NCBI RefSeq assembly: GCF_001949145.1
Contig: NW_019091356.1
Coordinates: forward strand, 62,001 to 126,000
Reading direction: 5' to 3'
From: Acanthaster planci
Taxonomy: Eukaryota
Length of the DNA: 64,000 nt
Position 1 is the first letter of the stretch. Every line of letters starts with the position of its first letter. This document shows, piece after piece, positions 24,668 to 38,000 of the stretch. The position numbers were made by a program, and so were the translations under genes. The notes beneath the pieces were generated by a model. It was not told where the DNA came from, searched no databases, and saw only the letters and a program-made list of their open reading frames with translations.

Positions 24668-27600
24668 GGTTCAAGTCCATATCAGATAACCCAGATGGCT
24701 TTGTTACGGATGAAGAGCTGCGTTCCTTAATAAAATGTAAATCGTCCATTTGGATGCTGATGTGCAAGGCTTAGTGCACGGACTGGATTTGCAGTGAGGT
24801 GTGTATTCGGCTCGTCCAGTACTTGACTCGAAGCAGAAATACTCACGCCACAAAAAGTGTCAGCCCCTCTCCACCAACTGACGGTTGTATCGCATACTAT
24901 AATTACCAAGAACAGCACAAATGCACTGCAGGATTGCACTTCGCTTGAAAGTAAAGGAGGTTTTATGGTGAACTCGAAATCAATTTACTGAGGGAAGCCG
25001 CCATAACAACCCCGCCAACACTGCCAATGCCGTTCCCGCCACTAATTTCCGGGTAGTTTATTACTTGGTACTCACTTATGTCTCTGACAGTCAAAGGCGC
25101 AGAGAATTTGAATTAAAATGTCTCTGTTCATTAATTCGTCAGCTCAAGCGCGAATGGCCACAGATGAATAATTGCCGTCAATGACAAATGCCTCAGACAT
25201 GTACTGTGCAATCTACTTCTGGTCTTGCAGAATGAACACGTCGTATACAACTACACCGAACAGTTACCCTATAATCGTGTTGTTTCACACAAACCCCTTA
25301 GACATTACAGACTATAACAGTCGGTGTGTGTTTTTCTTAGATAAAAAGACATATGATGCACGTGATTCAAACAGCTGCAATGGCCAACACTTATCTTTGA
25401 TTTCTCTCCACAATATATGAAACGGAATATCAGCATAATGAAATGAATCTAGTTCATTACGACAAGCTATACACAAAACCAGTCTGCTCAGAATTAAACC
25501 GTAAAAAAGCATGGTCCGTGACTTCCGACGGGCTTCACAGACAGAAGCTTTGATTTGCGCACAATAACTGGAAATTGTGGAATAATAATCAAGTCACCAC
25601 AAAAGTTACTCAGAGGTTTTTAAGAAAGCAGGTGTTATACTACTAAGGGGCAAATGCTACATTCTCTTCGTCTTCTGCAGAGACTAAAGGAGACCAGTCG
25701 TAAAATTTTGTAAATTAATATTGCAACTCAAAACAAGTCCCAAGCCATAGGTTACAGTCTCAATAAACGTAGAAATATAAACAAAGTTTTAAAATGAAGT
25801 TCTCGGAAAATCCGTAATTTTAAGCACACACATCTTATCTCTGATTTACTTCAAGAAACTTAGGAGATGTATTTGAGAAGAGGGCACAGAAATAGTTTAG
25901 GTGTGAACCACATTTCCATCATAAAGAGGAATGTATGCCTTTTGAAATGTTTTTGTTTTACTGCATCTTCAAATGTATGCCTTTCTGTCATTTTATTGAT
26001 TGATGCCATGGATACCATTTTGCCAATTGGCTATTAAAGGTGATTTCTGGGAACAATCAAAACTTTCTCGAAATTATTACTGCGGCTCCATTTTGTCACG
26101 GAAAACTGCGTATGATATTAAGGACACGTGCATTATATTACCACTCCATTATTTCTGCATGTGGATATACGCGAGTGATAGGCCTAACTGTTCTGCACAT
26201 TCCCAGGAGGGCATGTCGTACATAATAGACATCTAATATCAATTCCTTCAGGAAATATCCAAAGACGCTTTGTGGGTCGAACAATGTCTGACGCCAAATG
26301 GGTCCATGAATATAAGAACGAATGTGCAATAAAATCGAAAGATATTAACATAGAATTGCAACTCATTTCGCACAGTTTTGATGTCTGGGAATTAGGAAAA
26401 TAGAAGAGAAGTTTTAATCTGATTGCATCAGAATTGAATAAATCTCCGTGCACAAGCACAGCAAAATGGCACTATTTCAGCCTCACCACTGAAAAAGCAG
26501 TTCCGCTGACGCACTGAATGAGGCAGCTACGTATTCACACAAAGACCAAGCGTGGACACAACAGGTGTGTCGGCCTAAGGCACATTCGTTGCTAGGTAAT
26601 AAGCGCCCTCTCTCACTTCCGCAAGGAACACATAACATAGAGTAGAATCGTTCGGAAATGAATATGCTGTTTATTCTATTACATAACGACAAGCCGACAC
26701 AAAGAAAAAATGTTTGTAAATCTTTAATCCATAATCGATTTATTTCTCTCGGCGTTTACAACTACTGGAACACTATTACGCCTACGCCTTCAACTGACAT
26801 CCAAAATGTTTGTATACGAACGAACACATGCACATCTGAAGTGATCAGGGATCCAGTGGACTTATGACATTTCACTCTGCTGCCAGAAGGTTTAACATTA
26901 TTATACTCATTATGTCATGATTTTGGGTTGTATGAATAAAACTAGCATTTGCTCTTACGACCAGGTTTTAGCGTACAGTCGTGTTTGTACGAATTTAATA
27001 ACACAGAGAAAGCTTATACTGAAAAGCATTAAAGTTTCTTTAAAATGAACACTTCTTACTTCTTTATTCTTCTTGCTTTCGCTAGATCATGCATATTTTC
27101 TTCAATCTGTATGAAAAAAAAGGAGCAGGTACTTTTGATTTATAATTTTCAAGACTGGACCAAAGCAACCTTGGAAAAGTATGGTGAAGCAAATGCTTCA
27201 GAGCACAAAATGGCAGCGTTTATGAATCAGAAATAAAAAAATGCTTTGCCTTATTAGGAAGAACTGTCTATGAAGAATCTGAATACAAGCAAGTGAACCG
27301 ATTTCAAGACCTCGTCGGTAACCCACATGATGCAGTTCTACAAGTTAACAAAAATATTTTGCCTGTTTTCTGCAGTGGCAGACAAATCATCAAAAACAAA
27401 TCCTGGTAATCACTCTTAAAGCCTCACAATAGAACTTTCTGCTGCGTAAAAGAGTCATTATTTGTGGCTGTTTGTCGCGACCGGTGCCATTTCAAAGCAA
27501 CACAGTTCTCACTCATACTCCTCGCGAGGCAGGAAAACGAAAATTCCATCCACACGGTGAATTACGTTTTCAGCAAATGACCATGAATGACAACTTGCAA

Positions 27601-29099
27601 AGTAGGCATTTTGCATCAGCTCCAGGCTGCCCTGAGTGTCTCTATACATCCACTAAAGGAAGCCATAATGTTAAAACCACTCGGCAGTACAGTCAACCAC
27701 CAGCATTAAACATTTGCTACAATTTGTACAAGAAGATGTTGAATAGCAACAGAAAATTTTCACTTAAACAACTTCATGCTTTAGCTATTTCTAAGTGCTT
27801 TTACTTGGTAATAAGTATTTTGCTGTTTGCTTGAACTTCACTCGCATTTGCTGTTTTTTATTCATACGACTCGTTTTGTGGAAGCAAACGGTGAACTGTT
27901 CGCTATTTAGCTACTGTAAAAACGGTAATCCGCAAAACAAACTCTTGAATATTTAGCAGTAGCCTCAAGTATTAAGTTCTGACAGTGTACACACCTGCCA
28001 ACGCAAAGCAAGAATTCAATAGGGAAGGCTTCTGTGGAATGTAAGGATGAGAATGAAACTGTTCAGATCCAGGTTTCAATGAACTCAAGGATAAGCGCAT
28101 TTGCAAATTTCACATATTTCCTTGGTAGAGTCCCATCATCTTTCATAATGGCAAGATGCATGTGACACTACCATTCCCATTTTAACGTCCTGACTAAGGT
28201 TAACTCAGAACTGTGATTATAATTGTAGCAATTATCGCTCATTTTTCATTCGGTGGCTGTTTTAGTCATGAACACTTTTAAATAAGCCAAGTTATTACTT
28301 TCGACGCGACATTCACAAGACTATGTCAATATCAAACGAGTACTTTCGAGAAATATTAACCAGAAGTCACTCACAAACCATAACAGCTTAAATACATTAT
28401 GGCTAGGCTTTAGAAACGCTTCACTGTAAATGCAATAATTTTTTAAATAAAACACAAAATATCTGAATAAATTTAAAGTCATGGAATTAACATTCACCTA
28501 ATAAAAATGGTTATCTACACGTTCCCGTCAAGTTTTGTCTACTGTGTAAATGACGGTAACTGTTGAATGGACAAACTTATGAGAATTTAATCTCAGTACG
28601 AGGAACTTGCAGGTGTATCGTCAGTTTCATGGATCTAATCTCACAAAAACTGTCAAATACGCTGAAACCAGCAACCTGTTATTTGTGTACTGGATCCAGC
28701 AATCTTCCATACAGGCTTTTGTAGGGCAAGACTGATATTTGCCCAAATGACTAGACTCGCCATTTTCCTTTTTAAGAACGTGGCCGGTGAAAACTTTTTG
28801 ACTATCGCGAGCTGAAGACTTAACAAAGCAAGCATCCAAAGCAAACATGAAATTACATAACCGCAAACTATAGAATGGACATGCGCACTTCGTGTTTGTC
28901 CTTCTGGGTGGGGAGTTTTCCGAATCCTGGTGACATCTCCACCTTGCTCCGAGGTTGAAGCGCTTGATAAACCGTTGGAGAATGTCTAGCAAGGAAAGGT
29001 TTGCTGGTTTCGAATCTTAAGAAACCGCTTCAGATAAGAAATTTTGGAAACATTGGCAAGGCGGTGGCGGAGTGAGAAAGAAAGAGGGGCTTCGCTAAA

Positions 29100-32000
29100 A
29101 TGTACCACCTTCCAAGATCGTGGTGGTTTGTGGCGATCACTACTTTTGCAAGTTTGGTGACTCTGTCGCAAGGTAGGTCAGTTTGACGGTATAAAAATAA
29201 TAAAAAAATAAAACTAATTTGTTACCTTCAAAAAAGATTGAACATAGGATCTGATTGATGATTTTAAAAGTTTTCGTCTTAAAAATTTTAACAGAATTTA
29301 TTATGCAACCGCGCAGTACCACTTCAACATGTCACAATAGTCCAGTGCTATCTCATCTTACACTAACCGGAGAAAGTGTAAACAGATATTTGATCCCTGC
29401 CGTTTCTATTTGTGTCCGAGAACAAGGCCAATAAAACGTTCCCAAAAGTTTCTTCGAGAAACAAGAGCTTAATGTGAACTAATATGTTCTATACATGTAT
29501 ATCAGTAAATCCAACAAAAGTTACAAATGTTTAGGTTTCCATCAGCGACCTGTAAAAACTGGGAGACACTGAATCTCTGTTTATCTTTTTCATAGGAAAA
29601 ACAAGGTCCCAAAACAATAATCAAGCACCTATACATACAAAATGAACAAATTAGTATTGACTTGACGCACCTGTTGGTTCTTCTTTTACGGTCTAGGATC
29701 AGCAATTACTATATGTATCGTTTCATGGTGTTTGTATTTCTATTTAGATATTTGAATCACATGGCATAATTAACGCCATCAGACAGAGAGGGCACCCTCG
29801 TTTAATTACTGGTTTAAGTTAAACAATTTTGTTAGAGCCGTATGTATCATAACTGAGTACACATTTATTAGATTCCCCCTCTCCTTTGTATATATCTTTT
29901 GTCCTTTGTATTGTGGTATCTGCAGGGATTTTGTATGTATTCTTTCTGTGTACTGATTTTTTTTTTCATTTTGTGAGAACGAAATACCGTTAAATAGTTT
30001 AATTAGTGCTGCAGCTGAACCGAGTGATAATTTAATAATAATTCACGCACAGCATTTACATAGCGCAATATTAATCGAAGTGCCTCAAAGCGCTCATCAA
30101 TAAAACGAAGAGAAAACTAAAATATAACAGAATTTAAAACCCAAGAAGAATAAAAATCAGACCGATACAGATGTCACATCAATGAATAACAGGCCCGATT
30201 CTATGCGGGGCCAGGGGAATGAAGCCCCCTCCCCCAGCTCAACAATATTGGAATCGCGACTCTGCAATTTTTTTTAATTAAATGAATAGTCAGTAATCAT
30301 TTTGCAGGGTCATTATGGCAATATATATATTAGATTTTTTTCTCCAAAAGTAAAGAGCAGAAGCAAAAGTTAACTGGTTACATGTACATCAAGTGTCTAG
30401 TCCCCCTCAACCCCCCAAAAAAATGGTTCTAGAACCGCACCAGACGAAAAGTAGTGAAATGTTGTAAAAACTATTCAGATACCTAAAAAATGATGAAACA
30501 CTGTTGAAACACTTTCACACTAAAAATTTCCCCTTTACACAATCATTCGTAGTCGCAAGTATACAAAAGTATTCTCAAAATCATTGAAAGACTTTGCTCA
30601 TTTGTTAGACAACGGAAGCACATTCCAGAGTTTGGGAGTATCCGCTGAGAAAGCTCTATCACCTTAAGATGTTGATGCTGCAGTGGAAAGTTTCTGAAGA
30701 TGTATGCTACAAGATCAGAGTGAGCTGATGGGCCTATGATCAGTTAATTAATGATTTACTGATGTAACGAGGTGCTCATTAAATAAAAAGCGTGGACCAA
30801 GAATTCACAGCTGAAAACATGCAACAAACTACATTACATTCAGTTTGCATGACTATGCAAAATTCTCACAACATTCGGTTGTACTGCATTCACACCAACA
30901 TTATGCATGTCAACAGTCCAATAGCCAACCTCCTTACAATCCATATTAGGCCAATGATGTCATTAAGTACCGATGCAAAATACCAGTTGTAATATTGATT
31001 GGATGCTTATTGTCGTATTGCCCAAGGCAAGTCCAGAACCTGCGTTACCTGCAAGCTTGCGCTGATGTGCCTTTAGCCTGCTCCACCACCAGAGCAGTGG
31101 CGTAGCTAGGATTTACTAGTGGGGGCATATGGAGGCACCAGCATCTTATCGAGGGGGGGGGCACCTGCTTTCAGTGGTGTGTTTTTTGAGGCAAGTTTTT
31201 GTTAGCCTTGTTCAATATCCATTCATCTTTTTTTCATTGGGGGCACCTGGAGGGGATTTGTGGCTACGCCACTGGACCGGAACACTTACAATTTTAGTGC
31301 AGTTTCCTTTTCTTTGATCATGATCGTAGTATTCCTTTAAATTTGAGGGATTTCGCCTCACAATGTTTGCAAATCTCAAACAAGTCAAAGTTGATCCGTT
31401 AGACCGTGTATACGCGTGGTAATGAACCGAACCGTGTCCAAACCATGCCCCAAACAAACCCGAACCAAACCTGGAGCTAACTAGATTGCAGCAATAAATA
31501 CAAGAAATAATTTCTCCGTTTCCATCAATTCATAGTATCGTATTATGTCCCTCGAGCGATTATTATGCACTGTATTTTGTCGCTTGATACTTTTAGGAGA
31601 ACATCGCAAGTTTCCCTAGGGCACAAGACGGATAACAATGAAGCCAGAACGTTGGAGCTGTCATAATGAAGTTGCAAAATGCCGCACAACGCTCAATGAA
31701 TGCTTTATTGACAAAACTGATAATACCCTAAGAGTTCTCGAAGGCAATAGGGTTGAGAGAAGGAGAAAGGTAAACAAGGATATAGACTCCACCTTTAAAC
31801 AGCTTAATAAAACATGAAAAATAAAGGGCACGTCCATCTAAAGACGTGATGCAAAATACAATGTATAATCTCTCAATCCTGACATTGCACTTTATTTTCA
31901 AAAATGTTAAACTTAAATACTTTAAATTCTACCCATACTAAACGGAAATTAAAAATGGGTATTCCTTCTGCCGAAGATACAGCATTCTAACGCATTAGAA

Positions 32001-35000
32001 TACACCGTGTTGCAAAAAACAAAAATGAAGCAACAATCAACATCACACAATGGTAAAGAGTCATTTGTCGCCAGAATTCTTTAATAGACGTGGAACTCAT
32101 CTTTTATCTCTTTCCTGAATCTATCATATTCGCTGTAATGTTTAATGGGAGTGGAGCCAGACTATTTCGGGTTCCAAGCTTCACTTTCAATTTTTTTTCG
32201 TAATATGACTTAAAACATTTGAAACTAATTTATCACAAATTTTAAAAGATTATAACCATAAACTGGCAATGAACTTTTATATTGTTTTTGTTATTTTCTC
32301 TCAGATTACCCAAATTAAAAGTTAACCTCAGTTTCAATTCAAGATGGCCGACACATACTGATACCGTGTATTAAAGCTTGCGCTTCAGAAATAAATCCTA
32401 CCCCTTTCCATACGAAGTGCCAAATAGAGACACAGCTCAAAACAGTATGTTTAGAATTGAATTGAGTTGAGTTCAATTTAATAATAAATAATTTCCGGCA
32501 TTTCTGTTAACTTGACAACTGGTTACAAACGATTAAACGGATCATTAAAGCTTGAAAATCACACACATTAACTTGTTTGTCGACATTCATGAACGCCAAT
32601 ATCATTTCTTAATTTTTTTCCCCAGCTCAGTCTTGTGGTTCAGTGGTCACAACTCCCAATCTATCGATTGTATCTGGCAGCAGCTTTGACGATGGTGACA
32701 CAGTCAATTTCGAGTGTGCATCAGGTTATAGTCTGATTGGTGCACCAATCATCACGTGTATCGCTGGGGACTGGAGTCACGAAGTCCCAACGTGCGTCAG
32801 TAAGTCATTCAAAAAGTCGGCATCTGTAATCATTCAAAATCACTGTACGCAGCACTGTCAAAATTGCAAAGTTTTAGCTCTGTTGTTTGCAAATAAAATA
32901 CTGCGAGTTGAGTGTAGTTTATTTCGTTCTGCACTTTTATCTCTGATGCATGCCACTTAACAGAACGTCCTGTGTGTTTTTTTTTTCAATTAAAAATCTG
33001 TCTCAACTTGATGCATTTCAGTGCCACTTTTTTATGATATTCCATTTGTTTTACCCTATTCAAGCAGTACTTCCTTTTTGTAGTTTAAAGGGATTTTGTT
33101 GCATCTGCTTCCAGATATTTGGAAGTAAGATCTTCCCAAACCTTTTCAGATATCTCATCTTGTATTGCTTGAGAAATCATTCTTGTTTTCTGTTAACAGT
33201 GGACTGTGGAGACCCTGGCTTTCCTATTAATGGTTCCCAACTTGGCACCTCATCCTACCTTGCATACACCACTGTCAACTTCCAATGTGATTTGGGTTTT
33301 AGTCTTATAGGAGCTCCTGTCATTACATGCATTGATGGATCATGGTCGCTACCTATTCCAACATGCTTACGTAAGTTCTGTTTATTAATCTCACTGAGGT
33401 AATTATTTGCTGACATGAGAATTTTTCTGCTTTTCACCTTTATCTTTATTTCACCTCATGCTACATGCTAACACTGCTAGACAACCAAGATAAAGCACGA
33501 AGCCGTTTACCTAGAGAATTTGAATTACTTTATCTAGAAATGGTTCCCACTCAATTATTTACTGTTTTCCCACGGGATGTACATATAAGGCGAGCATTAA
33601 AACGTCTTAAAGAATATTAAATGGTCATCCAATTTAAGCACACTCTAATTGCTCATTTCTCCTTGGAAGCTACCTAAAATACATCCAATGTGTTGTAAGA
33701 AAAATAGTCTAAGCTAACAATGATGCTGAACTGTAGGCAACTCTTCTTTCCTTCATCCTAATTAGCTGACTGTGGAGATCCGGGAACCCCAACCCAAGGT
33801 TTTCAGGTGGGAACTCCGACTTACTTCATGGGTACCACGGTAACATTAGAGTGTAATGGTGGTTATGAACTTGTGGGGGCTTCAGTAATCACATGTGAGG
33901 GTGGAACCTGGAGCCGTGATATCCCTATGTGCTTCGGTGAGTATTTCATGGAACCAATTTCACAAACTAACAAAGAAAGATCTTTTATTCACCAAGAAAT
34001 GAACTACACAGAAGACGGATCTGTTTTTGAGCTGAAGACAGAAATATTTATGAAACTGTTTGTTTCTTCACCACTATAAATTTGTATGCGTGAGACACGA
34101 TCCTAGTCATTTTCAGCAGTCAAATGTAAACAGCACGAATTTTTACAAAAAATGTAGTTATGCTCAAACAACTTCTCTTTTATAGCTAACTGTGTTGACC
34201 CCGGTACACCCGAAAATGGCATACAGTCTGGTTCCTATGGCAACGGTGGCGTCTTGACATTTATATGTAACAATGGATTCAGCTTGTTGGGAGCCAGTGC
34301 AATTACTTGCTCCAATGGCACCTGGAGCAACGATGTACCTACATGTGAAGGTTAGTTACAAATTAAGACCCAATCAATATCCAAGGTAACTAGTAGTCCA
34401 TGATTCTGCGTTATAAATAAATGACATATTAATGAAATGAAACGTGGCAAACCACAGGAAACGTTGAGTGAAAATGAAGTCATTCGATTTGTGATCGGTT
34501 ACTTCGCAAGTTCTTGGGATATATTGAACAAATTACACAAGATTTACTTTTCAAAACTGGAGATTGAGTATGGGTAATGTTTATGATACGATTTTTTTCT
34601 TTCTTCAGCGGACTGTGCTGACCCAGGTACCCCATTAAACGGTAAAACGACGGGAACGTTCAGTAATGGAGACACGCTTTCATTTGAATGTAATGATGGA
34701 TACACGCTTGTGGGAGCTAGGAACGCAACCTGTCGTAGCGGTACCTACGATGAGCCTGTGCCTACTTGTTTCGGTAAAGCTGTCCAACACATTCAGCATA
34801 CTTAGGATTTTTGTTCTCGTTCAAAATTAATACGTTATTGCATTTTATCAGCATCATACATCAGTTAACATAACATTTGGTTTAAAGTTTCGCTGTCCTA
34901 CAAGTATAGTGTCCACATAATCTCATTGGTGGAACGTGGAGTCTTAATTAGCCACGTATAATAGTACGAATTTACGCGCCAAAATGTTCACTTTACGTAT

Positions 35001-38000
35001 TTGACTGCTGTTGGACAAGCAAAAGTATACAATTTGTGGAATGAAAATTGGGAGAAAAACTATTGATTTTCTGGTACTGTGCCCATGGAGTAGAATTGAT
35101 AGAGCATCGATTAGGCCCAAAGCTGAAAACAGAATACCACAAAACACCATGATGGAAAGTGCAGAAAACTCCATAAATCATTATTTTCCTATTTCTGCCT
35201 CTGTCATGGAGAGTTAATATTGTTTTGTTATTTATGCAGAAAACTGCGTAGATCCAGGTACCCCAACCTCGGGTAGCCAATCAGGATCATATGGGCATGC
35301 TGACGTCGTGACTTATTCATGCACAGTTGGATTCCAACTGGTTGGTGCAGCGCAGATCACGTGTGATGACGGCACCTGGAGTAATAGTGTTCCGTCTTGT
35401 TTAGGTAAAATCTTCATTTCACACCAAAATTTTAAGACGGGTCGGCATATGAACAGGCAGGCGAGTGACTAGGCAAGCAACCAAATTTATCAGATAAAGT
35501 CCGAACCCACATTGAAAACCAACTAATGAAAACTGTTCACTTTTTCCCATGACAGCCAACTGCACAGACCCAGGGACTCCAGCCTTTGGAAGTCAAACAG
35601 GAAATTACGGCAATTCTGAAATTGTCTTCTTTAACTGTTCTGAAGGATACACTCTGGTTGGTGCAGAGCAAATCACTTGCGTGAATGGAGACTGGTCCAA
35701 TAGTGTGCCTTTATGTAGAGGTAAACAACCTATATTTATTGTGATCAAGTTAAAGATTTAAGATAAATGAAAAAGCCCTTCCTACAACAATACAGCCAAA
35801 AAATGCAACCTGCACTGAAAACAATGGAAATGCTGGTAACAAATGAGCCAGTGCATAAATGTCCTGATTTCCAGATTTCAAAGGTTTGTTCTGGGGGATG
35901 TGATTTGTCACGGAATTTGACAGTCAAACCTCACATTATGGTTGCTACACACAGCAGGTTGGGAAACTACTTTGTTTCATTTTTTTTTTCCCTTTTCACC
36001 TTGGTTTTTAACTTAGCGAATAAAATGACTTGCAGTAACAAGTTGCAGCATGCAATTCGTAGGCTTGGCAAGCTGTAATAAATTTTCAAAATAGTACTTC
36101 CAGATCTTTGTTAAATCCATGTGCTTACACTCCTCACAATATTTCGTCATGATCACAGCCAACTGTATTGATCCCGGCACACCGACATTTGGCACCCAGA
36201 TAGGAACCTACAACCACGGTGATGTTGTTTTATACAATTGTTCAGAAGGCTACACTCTGATTGGTGCCGCGCAAATCACATGCATTGATGGCACATGGAG
36301 CAATAGCATACCGACTTGCCAAGGTAATGTAAACTGAGTGCAAGGCTGGCTTTCTTTAATGATATGGTACATACCAGAACTGAATTACCAGACTGAATTA
36401 TAACCTTTTTCTTAATATCAAATAGCTCAATTAAGATCTTTGTTTGTGGAGGTGAAATCTGTTTATACGGATGATTAAAGGGTTACTACAATACTTTTCG
36501 ACACATCAATCTGTCGATACGTTCTGTGAATTCTGAACAAAAATAATCCTAAATGTCAATTTAGCATTCATGAAACACCACCGTTTTGATTTATGTTTCA
36601 GCTATTTCAAACGCAGCTACTGCAGGAATCCAACAGGAAGCAACAACTGACGCTGATGCTCAACCGATAACGATGACCACACAACCAACTGAAAGCCAAT
36701 TTAGCAGTCCACTGATGTCAACTAAACCGTCTGGTTCGGCCGATATGAGTCAGCCAACTGTGGTAACTGAACCGATTACTGCCGAGCCCTTCAGCAGTCA
36801 ACCGATGTCAACTAAACAGTCTAGTTCGCCCAATACTAGTCAGCCAACTATAGTAACTGAAAGGATCAGTAACGAGACTTTCAGTGGCCCACCCATGTCG
36901 ACTAGACCCACTAGTTCACCTAATGTACGTCAGTCAACAAGGGTTACGGATCTGATAAGTGAAGAGCCTTCAAACAGTCCATCTATTTCAACTAGACCTT
37001 CTGGTACAACTGAACCCAGTGACGCTTCCACACTTCTTATAACCACACCACCTCCAATGCCTACTCTACCAACAAGACCACCTATGCCTTCTCGGCCAAG
37101 TAGTCCAATGCCTCCAATAACTGAGAAACCAGAATATACTTATCCCCCAACACCAACCTCTGATAATCCATATCCGACAGATCAACCACCAATTAAGCCA
37201 AAGTTCTGCCCACCACTGTGGCTCCATATTCAGGGAATGTATAGGCGGCGATACAAAGATGGAGACAAGGTTATTTTCTCCTGTAAGCCTGGCTTTGCTG
37301 TGGTTGGACCAAAATGGATCGTCTGCTTTGAAGGAGAGTGGAGTGGGCTCGTTCCAGAGTGCAGACGTAAGTACACCCAAAGCAGACACACCTTCAGAAG
37401 CACTTCTGCAGACAATTTCGACAACACAATTTCTTCAACAAAGTGTTACAAACAAAATACATGTACCACGTGTGGCTATTCAAACACTGGGTACTGATTT
37501 CGAATGCACTTCATCTTCTGCTGCTTGAGTAGTATTTCATAACTCTTATTTCAGACTTTTATTTATTCATGTACTATTTGTGCAGGTACGTGCGACTACA
37601 TTCCTTCGGCTCCGAACAATGGCCTAAGTAAATTTGTTCCATCAAAGCGTGATCCTTGGGAAGATTTCAATTGGGAAGACCTCCCACCACCGGTTGGGCA
37701 TTGGCCACAGAATCATCCTCATTATCACGAACCTCAGCTTCCACATCATCCTGGTCTCTTCGATTGGCTTCCATCGTGGAGCGAGGACTTACTGATAGCA
37801 TTTCTTAATTTAGAAAAAGGCCATATTTCGTGGGAAGAGTTTTTCCAACTGTTTCTCAATGGAATCTCCAACGGGAATGACAACTGGCCTTGGAGTGGAA
37901 ACATGCCATCAGGTTTACCTGATATTCCATGGAATGATATGTTTGCATTATTACCAAACGGCATTCCTTTGGGAAATGGTAATCACATGGCGTGGGAAGA

